DNA of 64,000 nucleotides, taken from the sequence record MN850621.1, one strand, 5' to 3'. Source of the DNA: Escherichia phage dhabil. The notes under the pieces were generated by a model. It did no database searches. It was not told where the DNA came from and was given only the letters and a program-made list of their open reading frames with translations. Position 1 is the first letter of the stretch, and each line of letters begins with the position of its first letter. Below, one piece after another: positions 9,132 to 18,411 of the stretch. A program made the position numbers and the translations under genes.

Positions 9132-11387
9132 TTAAAGCTTACAAGCTGCGCAATCATCGGCTTTAGGAGTTTCGATTTCGTAATCGTCAGTACCAGAGCC
9201 ATCACGGGTATTATGATAATAAAGGTTCTTACCACCAAAGTACCAGAAATATAACAGGTCATCAAGCATTACTGACATAGGAACTTTTCCTTTCTCATAA
9301 TTCTGAGGGTCGTAATACGTATTCGCTGATGCTGATTGGCAAATCCATTTCAACATAATTGCTACTTGGGTAAGATAAGGTTTATTACCTTTCTTAGCGA
9401 GGCTCCAAGCGTAATCATAGAGGCCTTGGTTATGTTCTACATTAGGAACTACCTGACGGAAGTTACCTTCTTTAGATTCTTTAATACTTACCGGACCACG
9501 CGGAGGTTCGATACCGTTTGTAGAGTTGGAAACTTGGCTGCTTGACTCGCATGGCATAAGTGCTGATAATGTGCTATTACGGATGCCATGTTTAGCCAAG
9601 TCTTCCCGCAACGACGACCAGTCACAAACATAGTTTGGGGCTGCGATTTGGTCAATCTTTTTATTGTACCAGTCGATAGGAAGCTCGCCTCGAGACCATT
9701 TAGTGTCTGAATAATACTCGCAAGGTCCTTTTTCTTCGGCCAGCTTGATTGATGCTCGGATAAGTCCATATTGTAATCTCTCAAACAATTCGTGAGTTAA
9801 ATCGTTTGCATCTTCATAAGAAGCAAAGTTGCTTGCTAACCATGCGGCGTAGTTAGTAACACCTACACCCAGGTTACGACGTTTCTTAGCCTTCAAAGCT
9901 TCAGGAACAGGATAGCTTTGATAATCTAATAGGTTATCAAGTGCACGTACCTGTACTTCAGCGAGTTCGTTGATTTTGTCTTGGTCTTGCCAATCAAAGT
10001 TATCCAACACGAATGCAGACAGCGTACACAACCCGATTTCAGCGTCCGGACTATTCACATCGGTGGTCGGGATAGCAATTTCACAACACAAGTTACTCTG
10101 GCGAATAGGAGCCTTTTCACGAATAAATGGTGTGAAGTTGTTAGTGTTATCAACAAACTGAGGATAAATTCGTGCAGTGCCTGAACGTTCGGTCATGAAC
10201 AATTCAAAGAGGTCGCGTGCTTTAATACGTTTCTTGCGAATGCTAGGGTCTTTTTCAGCCGCTTCATACAATTCACGGAAACGTTCTTGGTCTTCAAAAT
10301 AAGAATAATAAAGCTCACCGCCCATTTCATGAGGACTGAACAACGTGATGTAATCATTTTTACCGAAACGTTCCATCATAAGGTCGTTCAACTGGATTCC
10401 GTAGTCCATATGTCGAATACGGTTCTCATCGACACCTTTGTTGTTTTTCAGAACGAGCAGATTTTCAACTTCCAAATGCCAAATAGGATAATAAGCAGTA
10501 GCAGCGCCGCCACGGATTCCACCTTGTGAACATGATTTAACAGCAGTCTGGAAATGTTTCCAGAATGGAATAACACCGGTATGCTTGACTTCACCCATGC
10601 CAATACGAGAACCTTCAGCACGAATCATACCAACGTTGATACCAATACCGGCACGTTTAGAAATGTATTCAATTATTGAGTTAGCAGTTTTGTTAATAGA
10701 TTTCAGCGAGTCGCCTGCTTCAATAACCACACAAGAACTAAATTGACGGGTTGGAGTACGTGCTCCGGCCATAATAGGAGTAGGCAACGAAACCTGACGA
10801 GTACTTACGGCGTCATAAAAACGAATAATATGTGCTAAACGGTTACCTGGCTCGTCTTGGTGTAAGGCCATACCAATACACATGATAGCGAACTGAGGAG
10901 TTTCATAGATTTTACCGGTTGTTTTATCTTTAACCAGATATTTCTCTTTAAGCTGCATTGCACCAGCATAGGTTAATTCGAAATCGCGTTCATGCTTGAT
11001 ATGAGATTCTAAGAAAGTAATTTCTTCTGCAGAATATCGAGACAGCAATTCAGGGTCATATTTACCTTCGTTAACACAATAGGAAATATGGTCTATAAAA
11101 CTACGCGGTTCGAACTGCCCATAAACTTCTTTACGCAGTGCAAACATCAATTGCTTTGCAGCAACATATTGGTAATCGGGTTCTTCAACCGAGATAAGGT
11201 TGGCTGCTACCTTAACAGTCAGATTCTGGATATCTTTGGTGGTCATACCATCACGAAGATGGGATTTGATTTCTTCGTATAATTCATAGGGGTCGATTTG
11301 GGTTCCTTCACAGCCCCAAGTCAGAACTTTAATAATTTTTTGTGCGTCAAAATCTTGGGATACACCGCTACTTTTTTGTACTTGCAT
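9132..11387 (-). CDS. nrdA: Ribonucleotide reductase large (alpha) subunit
   Basis: 751 aa; ATP-cone N-terminus and class Ia catalytic core including C-terminal CxxC. Confidence 0.9.
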   Translation of the reverse strand: MQVQKSSGVSQDFDAQKIIKVLTWGCEGTQIDPYELYEEIKSHLRDGMTTKDIQNLTVKVAANLISVEEPDYQYVAAKQLMFALRKEVYGQFEPRSFIDHISYCVNEGKYDPELLSRYSAEEITFLESHIKHERDFELTYAGAMQLKEKYLVKDKTTGKIYETPQFAIMCIGMALHQDEPGNRLAHIIRFYDAVSTRQVSLPTPIMAGARTPTRQFSSCVVIEAGDSLKSINKTANSIIEYISKRAGIGINVGMIRAEGSRIGMGEVKHTGVIPFWKHFQTAVKSCSQGGIRGGAATAYYPIWHLEVENLLVLKNNKGVDENRIRHMDYGIQLNDLMMERFGKNDYITLFSPHEMGGELYYSYFEDQERFRELYEAAEKDPSIRKKRIKARDLFELFMTERSGTARIYPQFVDNTNNFTPFIREKAPIRQSNLCCEIAIPTTDVNSPDAEIGLCTLSAFVLDNFDWQDQDKINELAEVQVRALDNLLDYQSYPVPEALKAKKRRNLGVGVTNYAAWLASNFASYEDANDLTHELFERLQYGLIRASIKLAEEKGPCEYYSDTKWSRGELPIDWYNKKIDQIAAPNYVCDWSSLREDLAKHGIRNSTLSALMPCESSSQVSNSTNGIEPPRGPVSIKESKEGNFRQVVPNVEHNQGLYDYAWSLAKKGNKPYLTQVAIMLKWICQSASANTYYDPQNYEKGKVPMSVMLDDLLYFWYFGGKNLYYHNTRDGSGTDDYEIETPKADDCAACKL

Positions 11388-11453
11388 AATTTCCTCAATA
11401 TGTTAGGTTCTATAATTATTCTATCATAGAACCTGTTAAGCATGGACTGATAT

Positions 11454-11747
11454 TTATAGGTCTTCTAATGAGAACGTATCTTTGAAAAGTTTGTTAACAA
11501 CCAGGGCTATCACATCCCCATGACAGTCCTTAGGTTTACAGGTACACGCTATTCGCATACCTCTAAGGGTTTCAAGGTGTTCTCTTTTAATTTCACCCGA
11601 TTTTATTTTAGCAATAAAGTATTCTTTAAAGTTCTTGATGTTTTCCTCGCGTGTACCATCTTTAAATGGATTACCCCACATGGTTCCACGCTGGATATTG
11701 ACATCAAAATCTTCTTTATACTTGTTAACAACTCTACAGACTCTCAT
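11454..11747 (-). CDS. Hypothetical protein with WGNPF ... CTCKPKDCHGD motif (DUF4326-like)
   Basis: ORF track 11454..11873 overlaps td; internal ATG at 11747 avoids the overlap; start uncertain. Confidence 0.45.
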   Translation of the reverse strand: MRVCRVVNKYKEDFDVNIQRGTMWGNPFKDGTREENIKNFKEYFIAKIKSGEIKREHLETLRGMRIACTCKPKDCHGDVIALVVNKLFKDTFSLEDL

Positions 11748-11808
11748 TATAGCACCAAATTCAGCCCAATCATAATAACCAAAAATAAGGTACCGGCAAT
11801 TTGAATTT

Positions 11809-12668
11809 TCATACAGCCATCTTAGCCTTAATGGTAGGGTGTGATTCGTAACCAATGAGTTTAAAATCTTCATGGACCATATGCTCTGTTACCCAATGAA
11901 GCTGTAATGTCGTGCTCCAATCAGAGAATCCTTCAGGCCAATTAATTTCCAGTTCACAAAGCTCTTTAGGCTCACGACGAAGAACTTCTTGGCATTGTTC
12001 AACGTGGTTAGAATAGATGTGCGTATTGCCGCCTGAGAACACTAAATCACCAGGAATAAGATTACACATCTTAGCTACAATATGCACAAGAGCGGCGTAA
12101 GAGGCGATATTAAATGGCAATCCTAAGAACACGTCAACAGAACGTTGGTACCACTGGAGGTCAAGATGTCCATTACGAACGTTGAACTGGTAAAAACAAT
12201 GACATGGAGGAAGAGCCATCTGGTCGATTTCAGCCGGGTTCCATGCAGATACTATTTGACGTCGGTCATTAGGCATCTTTTTAATGCGGTCGATAATTTC
12301 TACAACCTGGTCGACACCACCAAAATCTCGCCATTGTTTCCCGTATACCGGACCAAGTTCACCACTATGATAACCTAGGTCTTTGGCCTGATTTTCATAG
12401 TTCTCGTCCCAAATAGTTTTGCCGCCAATTAATGAACCGTGAGTACGGAAACGAAGGTCATTAACGTTAGTTGAACCCGAAAGGAACCAAAGGAGCTCAG
12501 CAATACAGGCTTTCCATGCTAATTTTTTAGTTGTTACTGCAGGAAAGCCTTTAGTTAAATCAAAACGTAATTTAGTACCGAACAGTGCAATTGTACCGGT
12601 GCCGGTACGGTCGTCGGTTTCGTAGCCATTTTCCAGGATATCTTTAATTAAAAATTGGTATTGTTTCA

Positions 12669-12681
<13 letters not shown>
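11809..12681 (-). CDS. td: Thymidylate synthase
   Basis: 290 aa; active-site region PPCHCFYQF; continuous ORF, no intron or homing-endonuclease insert. Confidence 0.9.
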
Positions 12682-13462
<781 letters not shown>

Positions 13463-13792
13463 TTAACTGCATTTTTTAATTGCGGTAAAATCTTTGCGAA
13501 TATCAAGAACCAATTTGTAAAGATGTTTAATGGTACTAGTATCAAAATAAGCGACGGCACAACGTGATTGGCGAATATCTTCTAATGAATATTTGCTTTC
13601 GCTAGACCCGTATCCAATGATACCGCTAATGCACTTGTCGTTAAGCGTATATTTCTGTGGACCATCAATATTATTTTTAGGATAGATGTAAAGGCTCCAA
13701 TCAAATTTTTGTTCAAGTGTATTAACCTTAACTTCAAGAATCAGTTCAGGATGTGCATCATCTTTAGCAAAGCAAGTGTATTCAGTAAGCAT
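13463..13792 (-). CDS. Hypothetical protein (about 109 aa)
   Basis: ORF track 13463..13933; start moved to ATG 13792 (GAGGA upstream) to avoid overlap. Confidence 0.4.
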   Translation of the reverse strand: MLTEYTCFAKDDAHPELILEVKVNTLEQKFDWSLYIYPKNNIDGPQKYTLNDKCISGIIGYGSSESKYSLEDIRQSRCAVAYFDTSTIKHLYKLVLDIRKDFTAIKKCS

Positions 13793-13802
13793 TATATTTT
13801 CC

Positions 13803-14042
13803 TCACGCTTTCTTAGCGACTTTCCAGTCGGCTTTAAATTGGTCAACATCAGAATGGTGAATCCAGAAACCAGATGAGCTACCATCTTCATAAAGAGGAC
13901 ACCCATCACACTCATCTTTCCAACCCATTTCACACAAAGCTTGTTCGGCTTTTTCCAGAGCTTCCGGATTGTTACCTTGGATTGTGAAGTACCATTTGCC
14001 TTTAACTTCAGAATCTTTGATTGATTCGCGTTGTAATTTCAT
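13803..14042 (-). CDS. Hypothetical protein (79 aa)
   Basis: First ORF after early-promoter cassette 14069..14098. Confidence 0.5.
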   Translation of the reverse strand: MKLQRESIKDSEVKGKWYFTIQGNNPEALEKAEQALCEMGWKDECDGCPLYEDGSSSGFWIHHSDVDQFKADWKVAKKA

Positions 14043-14068
14043 TTTATTCTCCTCAAGTTGATAAGGCT

Positions 14069-14098
14069 ATAGTATCACTACCATAGCCTTAGGTAAAC
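14069..14098 (-). promoter_or_regulatory. Early-promoter cassette
   Basis: Minus strand GTTTAC - 18 nt - TACTAT - leader ...TCAACTTGAGGAGAAT - ATG. Confidence 0.5.
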
Positions 14099-14100
14099 AC

Positions 14101-14328
14101 TTATTTTTGAATTAAGCCCATATAAAATTCAGCGTCTTCAGCATGCATACCATCGCAATATTCATCAGCCATAAAGCGGGTAAGGTCTTCAAGAGGACCT
14201 TGAACTTCAATTTGCATACTACAGAATTGCGTGTCTTTGATATAAGTCATAGTCAAAGAAGGATAACGATTACGGATAACTTCGTAGGTGTATTCAAAAT
14301 CAACGATATCGATATTAACCTTAGCCAT
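14101..14328 (-). CDS. Hypothetical protein (about 75 aa)
   Basis: ORF track start 14346 lies inside the promoter leader; ATG at 14328 follows GAGGAAAA. Confidence 0.5.
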   Translation of the reverse strand: MAKVNIDIVDFEYTYEVIRNRYPSLTMTYIKDTQFCSMQIEVQGPLEDLTRFMADEYCDGMHAEDAEFYMGLIQK

Positions 14329-14360
14329 TTTATTTTCCTCACTCATTAGTTGATAGGTCT

Positions 14361-14389
14361 ATAGTATCATGCCTATAGACCTTGTAAAC
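14361..14389 (-). promoter_or_regulatory. Early-promoter cassette
   Basis: Minus strand GTTTAC - 17 nt - TACTAT - AGACCTATCAACTAATGAG; includes 10-bp inverted repeat 14355-14364 / 14373-14382. Confidence 0.55.
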
Positions 14390-14391
14390 AT

Positions 14392-14652
14392 TTATTTTTG
14401 AATTTTATCAAGCCATTTACCAAGCTTAATCATTTCTTTGGTAGCTTTTTCCATACTTCTGAATTTAACCAGTAAGGGTTGAGCATCAAAACCCATAACC
14501 AAGCTGGTTACAAGACTATGTTCACCTACAAGCCATAACGAATACGTTTGGACATCGAGCCCATAATTTCGGTCTTTATGAACTCGTACACCCATCACTT
14601 CAAATTTCTCACTGGCTTTTTCTACTGCATCCAGGAAATCATCTTTAGTCAT
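14392..14652 (-). CDS. Hypothetical protein (about 86 aa)
   Basis: ORF track 14392..14715; internal ATG at 14652 abuts the upstream stop. Confidence 0.45.
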   Translation of the reverse strand: MTKDDFLDAVEKASEKFEVMGVRVHKDRNYGLDVQTYSLWLVGEHSLVTSLVMGFDAQPLLVKFRSMEKATKEMIKLGKWLDKIQK

Positions 14653-14653
14653 G

Positions 14654-15037
14654 TTAGGCCTTAAAAGTTTTTTGCAAAAGTTTAATAATTTGGTCAACGT
14701 TCTGTTCGGTAACAATGCAATGTATTTGAGTTACGCCTGCCTTAGTAACAGGTTCGTCAACTTCATCTTGTTCGGCATATTCACGGAAGCAATAGAACTC
14801 ATCTTCATGCAATTCAAAATATTCCTCTAGGGTCCCGTCCGAACTAAAAATCTCACCATTCGCACATTTAATTTTAGTTACAAATTTATCCCCATCTGTG
14901 GTCATCATGTCCTTTACTTCAAACCAACCACCGTTTTCTTGGATAATATCAACCATATCATTATTATTGATAGGGCTGATATTGATAAAAGATTTGATAC
15001 GCTCAGGACGAAGTTCGTATTTTTTACCGATTTCCAT
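14654..15037 (-). CDS. Hypothetical protein (127 aa)
   Basis: First ORF after early-promoter cassette 15067..15095. Confidence 0.5.
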   Translation of the reverse strand: MEIGKKYELRPERIKSFINISPINNNDMVDIIQENGGWFEVKDMMTTDGDKFVTKIKCANGEIFSSDGTLEEYFELHEDEFYCFREYAEQDEVDEPVTKAGVTQIHCIVTEQNVDQIIKLLQKTFKA

Positions 15038-15066
15038 TTTTATTTCCTCATGTAGTTGATAGGTCT

Positions 15067-15095
15067 ATAGTATCATGTTTAAAGGCATTGTAAAC
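15067..15095 (-). promoter_or_regulatory. Early-promoter cassette
   Basis: Minus strand GTTTAC - 17 nt - TACTAT - AGACCTATCAACTACATGAGGAAATAAAA - ATG. Confidence 0.55.
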
Positions 15096-15106
15096 CATTA
15101 AATGCC

Positions 15107-15131
15107 AAAAAGGGAAGACCGAAGTCTTCCC
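15107..15131 (-). terminator. Intrinsic terminator downstream of gene 32
   Basis: Stem GGGAAGAC / GTCTTCCC with CGAA loop, followed in the minus-strand RNA by UUUUU. Confidence 0.6.
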
Positions 15132-15147
15132 ATTATAAATCAATAAC

Positions 15148-16053
15148 TTATAGACCAGCTAACAGGTCGTCCAGACCATCGTCATCAGAAGGACTTACTG
15201 ATGGTTCAGGAGTAGTGGAACGGGTCGGTGTAGACGGTTTGGAATCATATGCATCAAGGTCTGCACTGAATGCGTCCAGGTCATCACCAATCTTATCAGC
15301 AGCTGCAGAAGCTTTAGCGGCAGCACCACCAAGAGCAGCAGTACCAACAACTTTCTTAAACTTGGCTTCATTAGTTTCAAAGGATTTGAACTCGAGCAGT
15401 TTAGAAAGGTCGTGCATTTCTTCCATCAATTTAGCTTGGTAAGCTTCATCATTGATGTTAGGAATTTCAGACTGACCCATGAATTTGGAATCGTCATAGT
15501 TTTTGAAGTCGCCAACTTTCTTAGATTTCAGTACGAAGTTAGCACCATCAAACGGACATGTTACGTCAACCGGCACTTCACCAATATCAGTATCAACTTC
15601 AACCATCTGGTTGATTTTATCCATAATTTTCTGACCGAAACGGAATTTAAACACTTTACCTTCGTTAGCAGGCACTGCACTATCCTTAATAACAAGGATG
15701 TTAGCCCAGAAGGAAGTTTTACGTTTCATCAGTTTGTATTCGGCGTTATTAGTATTATACGTATCGTTCTGGTTCATGTATTTACATACAGGACAAGAAT
15801 CGAAATCACCGTGAGTAGACGTACAGTTTTCAATGTACCATTGACCATTTTTCTTAAAGCCGTGGTTAACGAGCTTAACGAATGGAGATGGATTTTCTTC
15901 GTTTTTCGAAGGTAGGAAACGAATTACCGCAGTACCAACACCATTGTCATCTTTCAATTTCCATTCAGCTTTATCATCGGAAGAGAAAGAAGAACCACCT
16001 TTCATTGCAGACAGTTGAGCAGCCAGTTGGGAAGGGTCTTTACGTTTGAACAT
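15148..16053 (-). CDS. 32: Single-stranded DNA-binding protein gp32
   Basis: 301 aa; MFKRK... N-terminus, zinc-binding CxxxxC...C core and acidic C-terminal tail, closely resembling T4 gp32. Confidence 0.95.
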   Translation of the reverse strand: MFKRKDPSQLAAQLSAMKGGSSFSSDDKAEWKLKDDNGVGTAVIRFLPSKNEENPSPFVKLVNHGFKKNGQWYIENCTSTHGDFDSCPVCKYMNQNDTYNTNNAEYKLMKRKTSFWANILVIKDSAVPANEGKVFKFRFGQKIMDKINQMVEVDTDIGEVPVDVTCPFDGANFVLKSKKVGDFKNYDDSKFMGQSEIPNINDEAYQAKLMEEMHDLSKLLEFKSFETNEAKFKKVVGTAALGGAAAKASAAADKIGDDLDAFSADLDAYDSKPSTPTRSTTPEPSVSPSDDDGLDDLLAGL

Positions 16054-16143
16054 ATTATTTACCTTAGCAGATTTTAGCAGTTGTATTTTATTAACAGTTT
16101 TTAACAGATTGAGTTAGTATATTAACACATTTAATATGAAGCA

Positions 16144-16797
16144 TTAAAACTTACAAGATTTGATAGTTTCAATGAACAATTTACGAGCTTCTAAATTATC
16201 TATTATAAGAATTTTCTTATAAGCATTTAATTTAGTCGAATACTTAGTCCACACTAAATCGTTGGTCTGTTCATCATGTTTATTTATTATATCCATAAAT
16301 GAATCAAGCAAAATAAACGTTTCGAACGAAATAACATTCGATTGAAGGAGCTTAAAAATATAGCTCGAATTAACCTTTTTATTATAATCAAAAATTTCAG
16401 AAAGTGCTTGAACTTCCACTTTCTTACTGAAATAATAGATGTTTTTGATATCATCCTCAAAAACTTGTTTTATTCTTTTAAGTCTACCGATATATTCTCG
16501 GTAAAAGACTAAGGCGTCAGCATCACTGATGTCGCCAATCCATGCGTCTTGGTTAGCCACCAAGTTACTCATGAAGATAAGAGCAAGCTCTTTCAAAGTG
16601 TATTTATCACTCAATTTCTCGAAGAAATATTTGTCACGACGTTTTTGGTAAGCCGTATCAGAGATTCGCATGACCCAGTTATATTTTATAACGTCGTATT
16701 TGGCGTTGAAGTGATGTTTGAGCATTAAGTATAGTGAATATACGCTCTTACCATTCACCATACGGTTATTGTTTGGTGGCATGCGAATCTTAATCAT
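16144..16797 (-). CDS. 59: Helicase loader gp59
   Basis: 217 aa; near-colinear with T4 gp59 as I recall it (MIKIRMP...KYDVIKYNW...NLVANQDAWIGDISDADALVFYREYIGRLK). Confidence 0.9.
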   Translation of the reverse strand: MIKIRMPPNNNRMVNGKSVYSLYLMLKHHFNAKYDVIKYNWVMRISDTAYQKRRDKYFFEKLSDKYTLKELALIFMSNLVANQDAWIGDISDADALVFYREYIGRLKRIKQVFEDDIKNIYYFSKKVEVQALSEIFDYNKKVNSSYIFKLLQSNVISFETFILLDSFMDIINKHDEQTNDLVWTKYSTKLNAYKKILIIDNLEARKLFIETIKSCKF

Positions 16798-17096
16798 AAC
16801 AAGAAATCCAGGGTATTAGTTTTTTGCGTTCGTGCCATTGAAGGACGAAGCAAGTTATCATCAATGGCCTCGTTCATAATTTTATCAATAATTCCTGCAG
16901 GCAAATAACGAGCAAAATTACCTTCAGGGATGCTGTTCTCTTCCAACCATGCGGTAGCCGCTTCGAGGTAACTACAACCTTCAGCCTCAACAAAGGCCTC
17001 AATATCAAGGCCGTTCTGTTGTTTATTTACCAATACATGGACTGGTTCAGAAGCGGTATTAACCGCTCCATCAAAATCATTCAAAGATTGTGTCAT
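16794..17096 (-). CDS. 33: Late-transcription accessory protein gp33
   Basis: 100-aa acidic ORF between 59 and dsbA, as in T4; assignment mainly positional. Confidence 0.6.
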   Translation of the reverse strand: MTQSLNDFDGAVNTASEPVHVLVNKQQNGLDIEAFVEAEGCSYLEAATAWLEENSIPEGNFARYLPAGIIDKIMNEAIDDNLLRPSMARTQKTNTLDFLL

Positions 17097-17355
17097 ACAG
17101 TTCTACCACTTCAGTTTTTTCGTCTTCGAAACGTTCACGAGTGCCTTTATGATACAGGGAGAACAGCTGGTTAAACATTTTACCGTCTACACCAAGTTCA
17201 GTCTTAGCACGGTCTTTGATATCTTTAATTTCGTCGCCGTATGCTTCCATTTTTAATTTGGTATCGGAAGCAGTTTTAATCAATTGGGCTAGGGTATTAC
17301 CATGTTCTTCTTGGTTGAATTCAACTTTCACTTTTTCTTTAGCCATTATATTCAC
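17077..17355 (-). CDS. dsbA: Small double-stranded DNA-binding protein (DsbA-like)
   Basis: 92-aa ORF between gene 33 and rnh; positional and size match to T4 dsbA only. Confidence 0.5.
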   Translation of the reverse strand: MNIMAKEKVKVEFNQEEHGNTLAQLIKTASDTKLKMEAYGDEIKDIKDRAKTELGVDGKMFNQLFSLYHKGTRERFEDEKTEVVELYDTIFE

Positions 17356-17356
17356 C

Positions 17357-18304
17357 TTAATAAAAATCAGCTACTGTAGCAGTTAGTTTAGACAAACCTG
17401 ATTTAACGAAATAAGGATAAACTTTAGATTTCGAAGGTTTGTTATACGTATTATATCTTTCAGTAATTAAAGCAACAATATCATCTGGAATAAAGTCCAT
17501 ATCAATTAAGATTTGGTTTTCACAGAAACGTTCATATTGTTCCTCAGTAAGAAGCGTTTTAATTATATCATGGTCATAATAATTAAGAGCAATTGCTTCA
17601 AGTTCCTTGGCACGAGTGCTAGGAGTACGTTCGCCTTCAACCATTGTCAACCAATAATCACCACGAACTTTAATACTTGCAACGTTATCCTTGCGGTCAC
17701 CTTTAATAACCTTAGTCACACAATCAAGCAGAGCATCACCAGATTTTGTTTTGACGAATTTTTTCTGCATTGGAGACCATTGTTTTACACCAGGGAATTT
17801 ATGAAGTTGGGTAAAGTCACCATCAGAAGAACCAATCATAACCGGATGGCCTTTATCTGTAAGGATACGAGTCAATACAGCAATATGGTCATCAGCCTCG
17901 ATTGTATCGATATTCATAACAATATAAGGCATGTTTTGTTCCAGTTCATCCACAATAATATGCATTGCAGTGAATAAGCCTTCCCAATCAAATGGTGATT
18001 CATCACGTGCCTTGGCACGGTTTTTCTTATAATAAGAAGAATAACGACGACGCCAATAACCTGATTTAGAGTTATCAACACAAATGATTAGTTGGTTGTA
18101 ACCTTGTTTTTTAAAGTCTTTAATGTTTTTCTTGATTGAATTCAACACGAGATGTCGAAGCATTGCCGTGGTTACTTTAGGAAATCCAGCGTTTTCACCA
18201 AATTCTTGGAAAGCCGCAGCCATAATGATTTGGCTGAAATCCAGGAGTAAAAATCCATCTTTTTGTCGGTCTTCTTCAGGAAGTAAAAAATCTAAATCGT
18301 TCAT
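17357..18304 (-). CDS. rnh: RNase H (5'-3' exonuclease / flap endonuclease)
   Basis: 315 aa; blocks GYWRRRY...YYKKNRAKARDESPFDWEG and SSDGDFTQLHK resembling T4 RNase H. Confidence 0.9.
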   Translation of the reverse strand: MNDLDFLLPEEDRQKDGFLLLDFSQIIMAAAFQEFGENAGFPKVTTAMLRHLVLNSIKKNIKDFKKQGYNQLIICVDNSKSGYWRRRYSSYYKKNRAKARDESPFDWEGLFTAMHIIVDELEQNMPYIVMNIDTIEADDHIAVLTRILTDKGHPVMIGSSDGDFTQLHKFPGVKQWSPMQKKFVKTKSGDALLDCVTKVIKGDRKDNVASIKVRGDYWLTMVEGERTPSTRAKELEAIALNYYDHDIIKTLLTEEQYERFCENQILIDMDFIPDDIVALITERYNTYNKPSKSKVYPYFVKSGLSKLTATVADFY

Positions 18305-18372
18305 ATGAACCTCTGTCCAATTAGTGTAGAAGGTTATTATATCATGGCCCTGGAAGAAGTAAACACTTTGCT

Positions 18373-18380
18373 ATAAATAG
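18373..18380 (+). promoter_or_regulatory. Late promoter (TATAAATA) for gene 34
   Basis: Exact TATAAATA 32 nt upstream of the gene 34 ATG. Confidence 0.7.
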
Positions 18381-18411
18381 TTCTATACCCTGAAAACGAA
18401 AAGGAAATAAA

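Noticed and set aside
15412-15915. Plus-strand ORFs antisense to minus-strand genes (for example 4104..4499, 15412..15915, 17513..17977, 38095..38508, 48217..48651)
   Set aside because: They lie wholly within well-supported genes on the opposite strand and lack start-site signals
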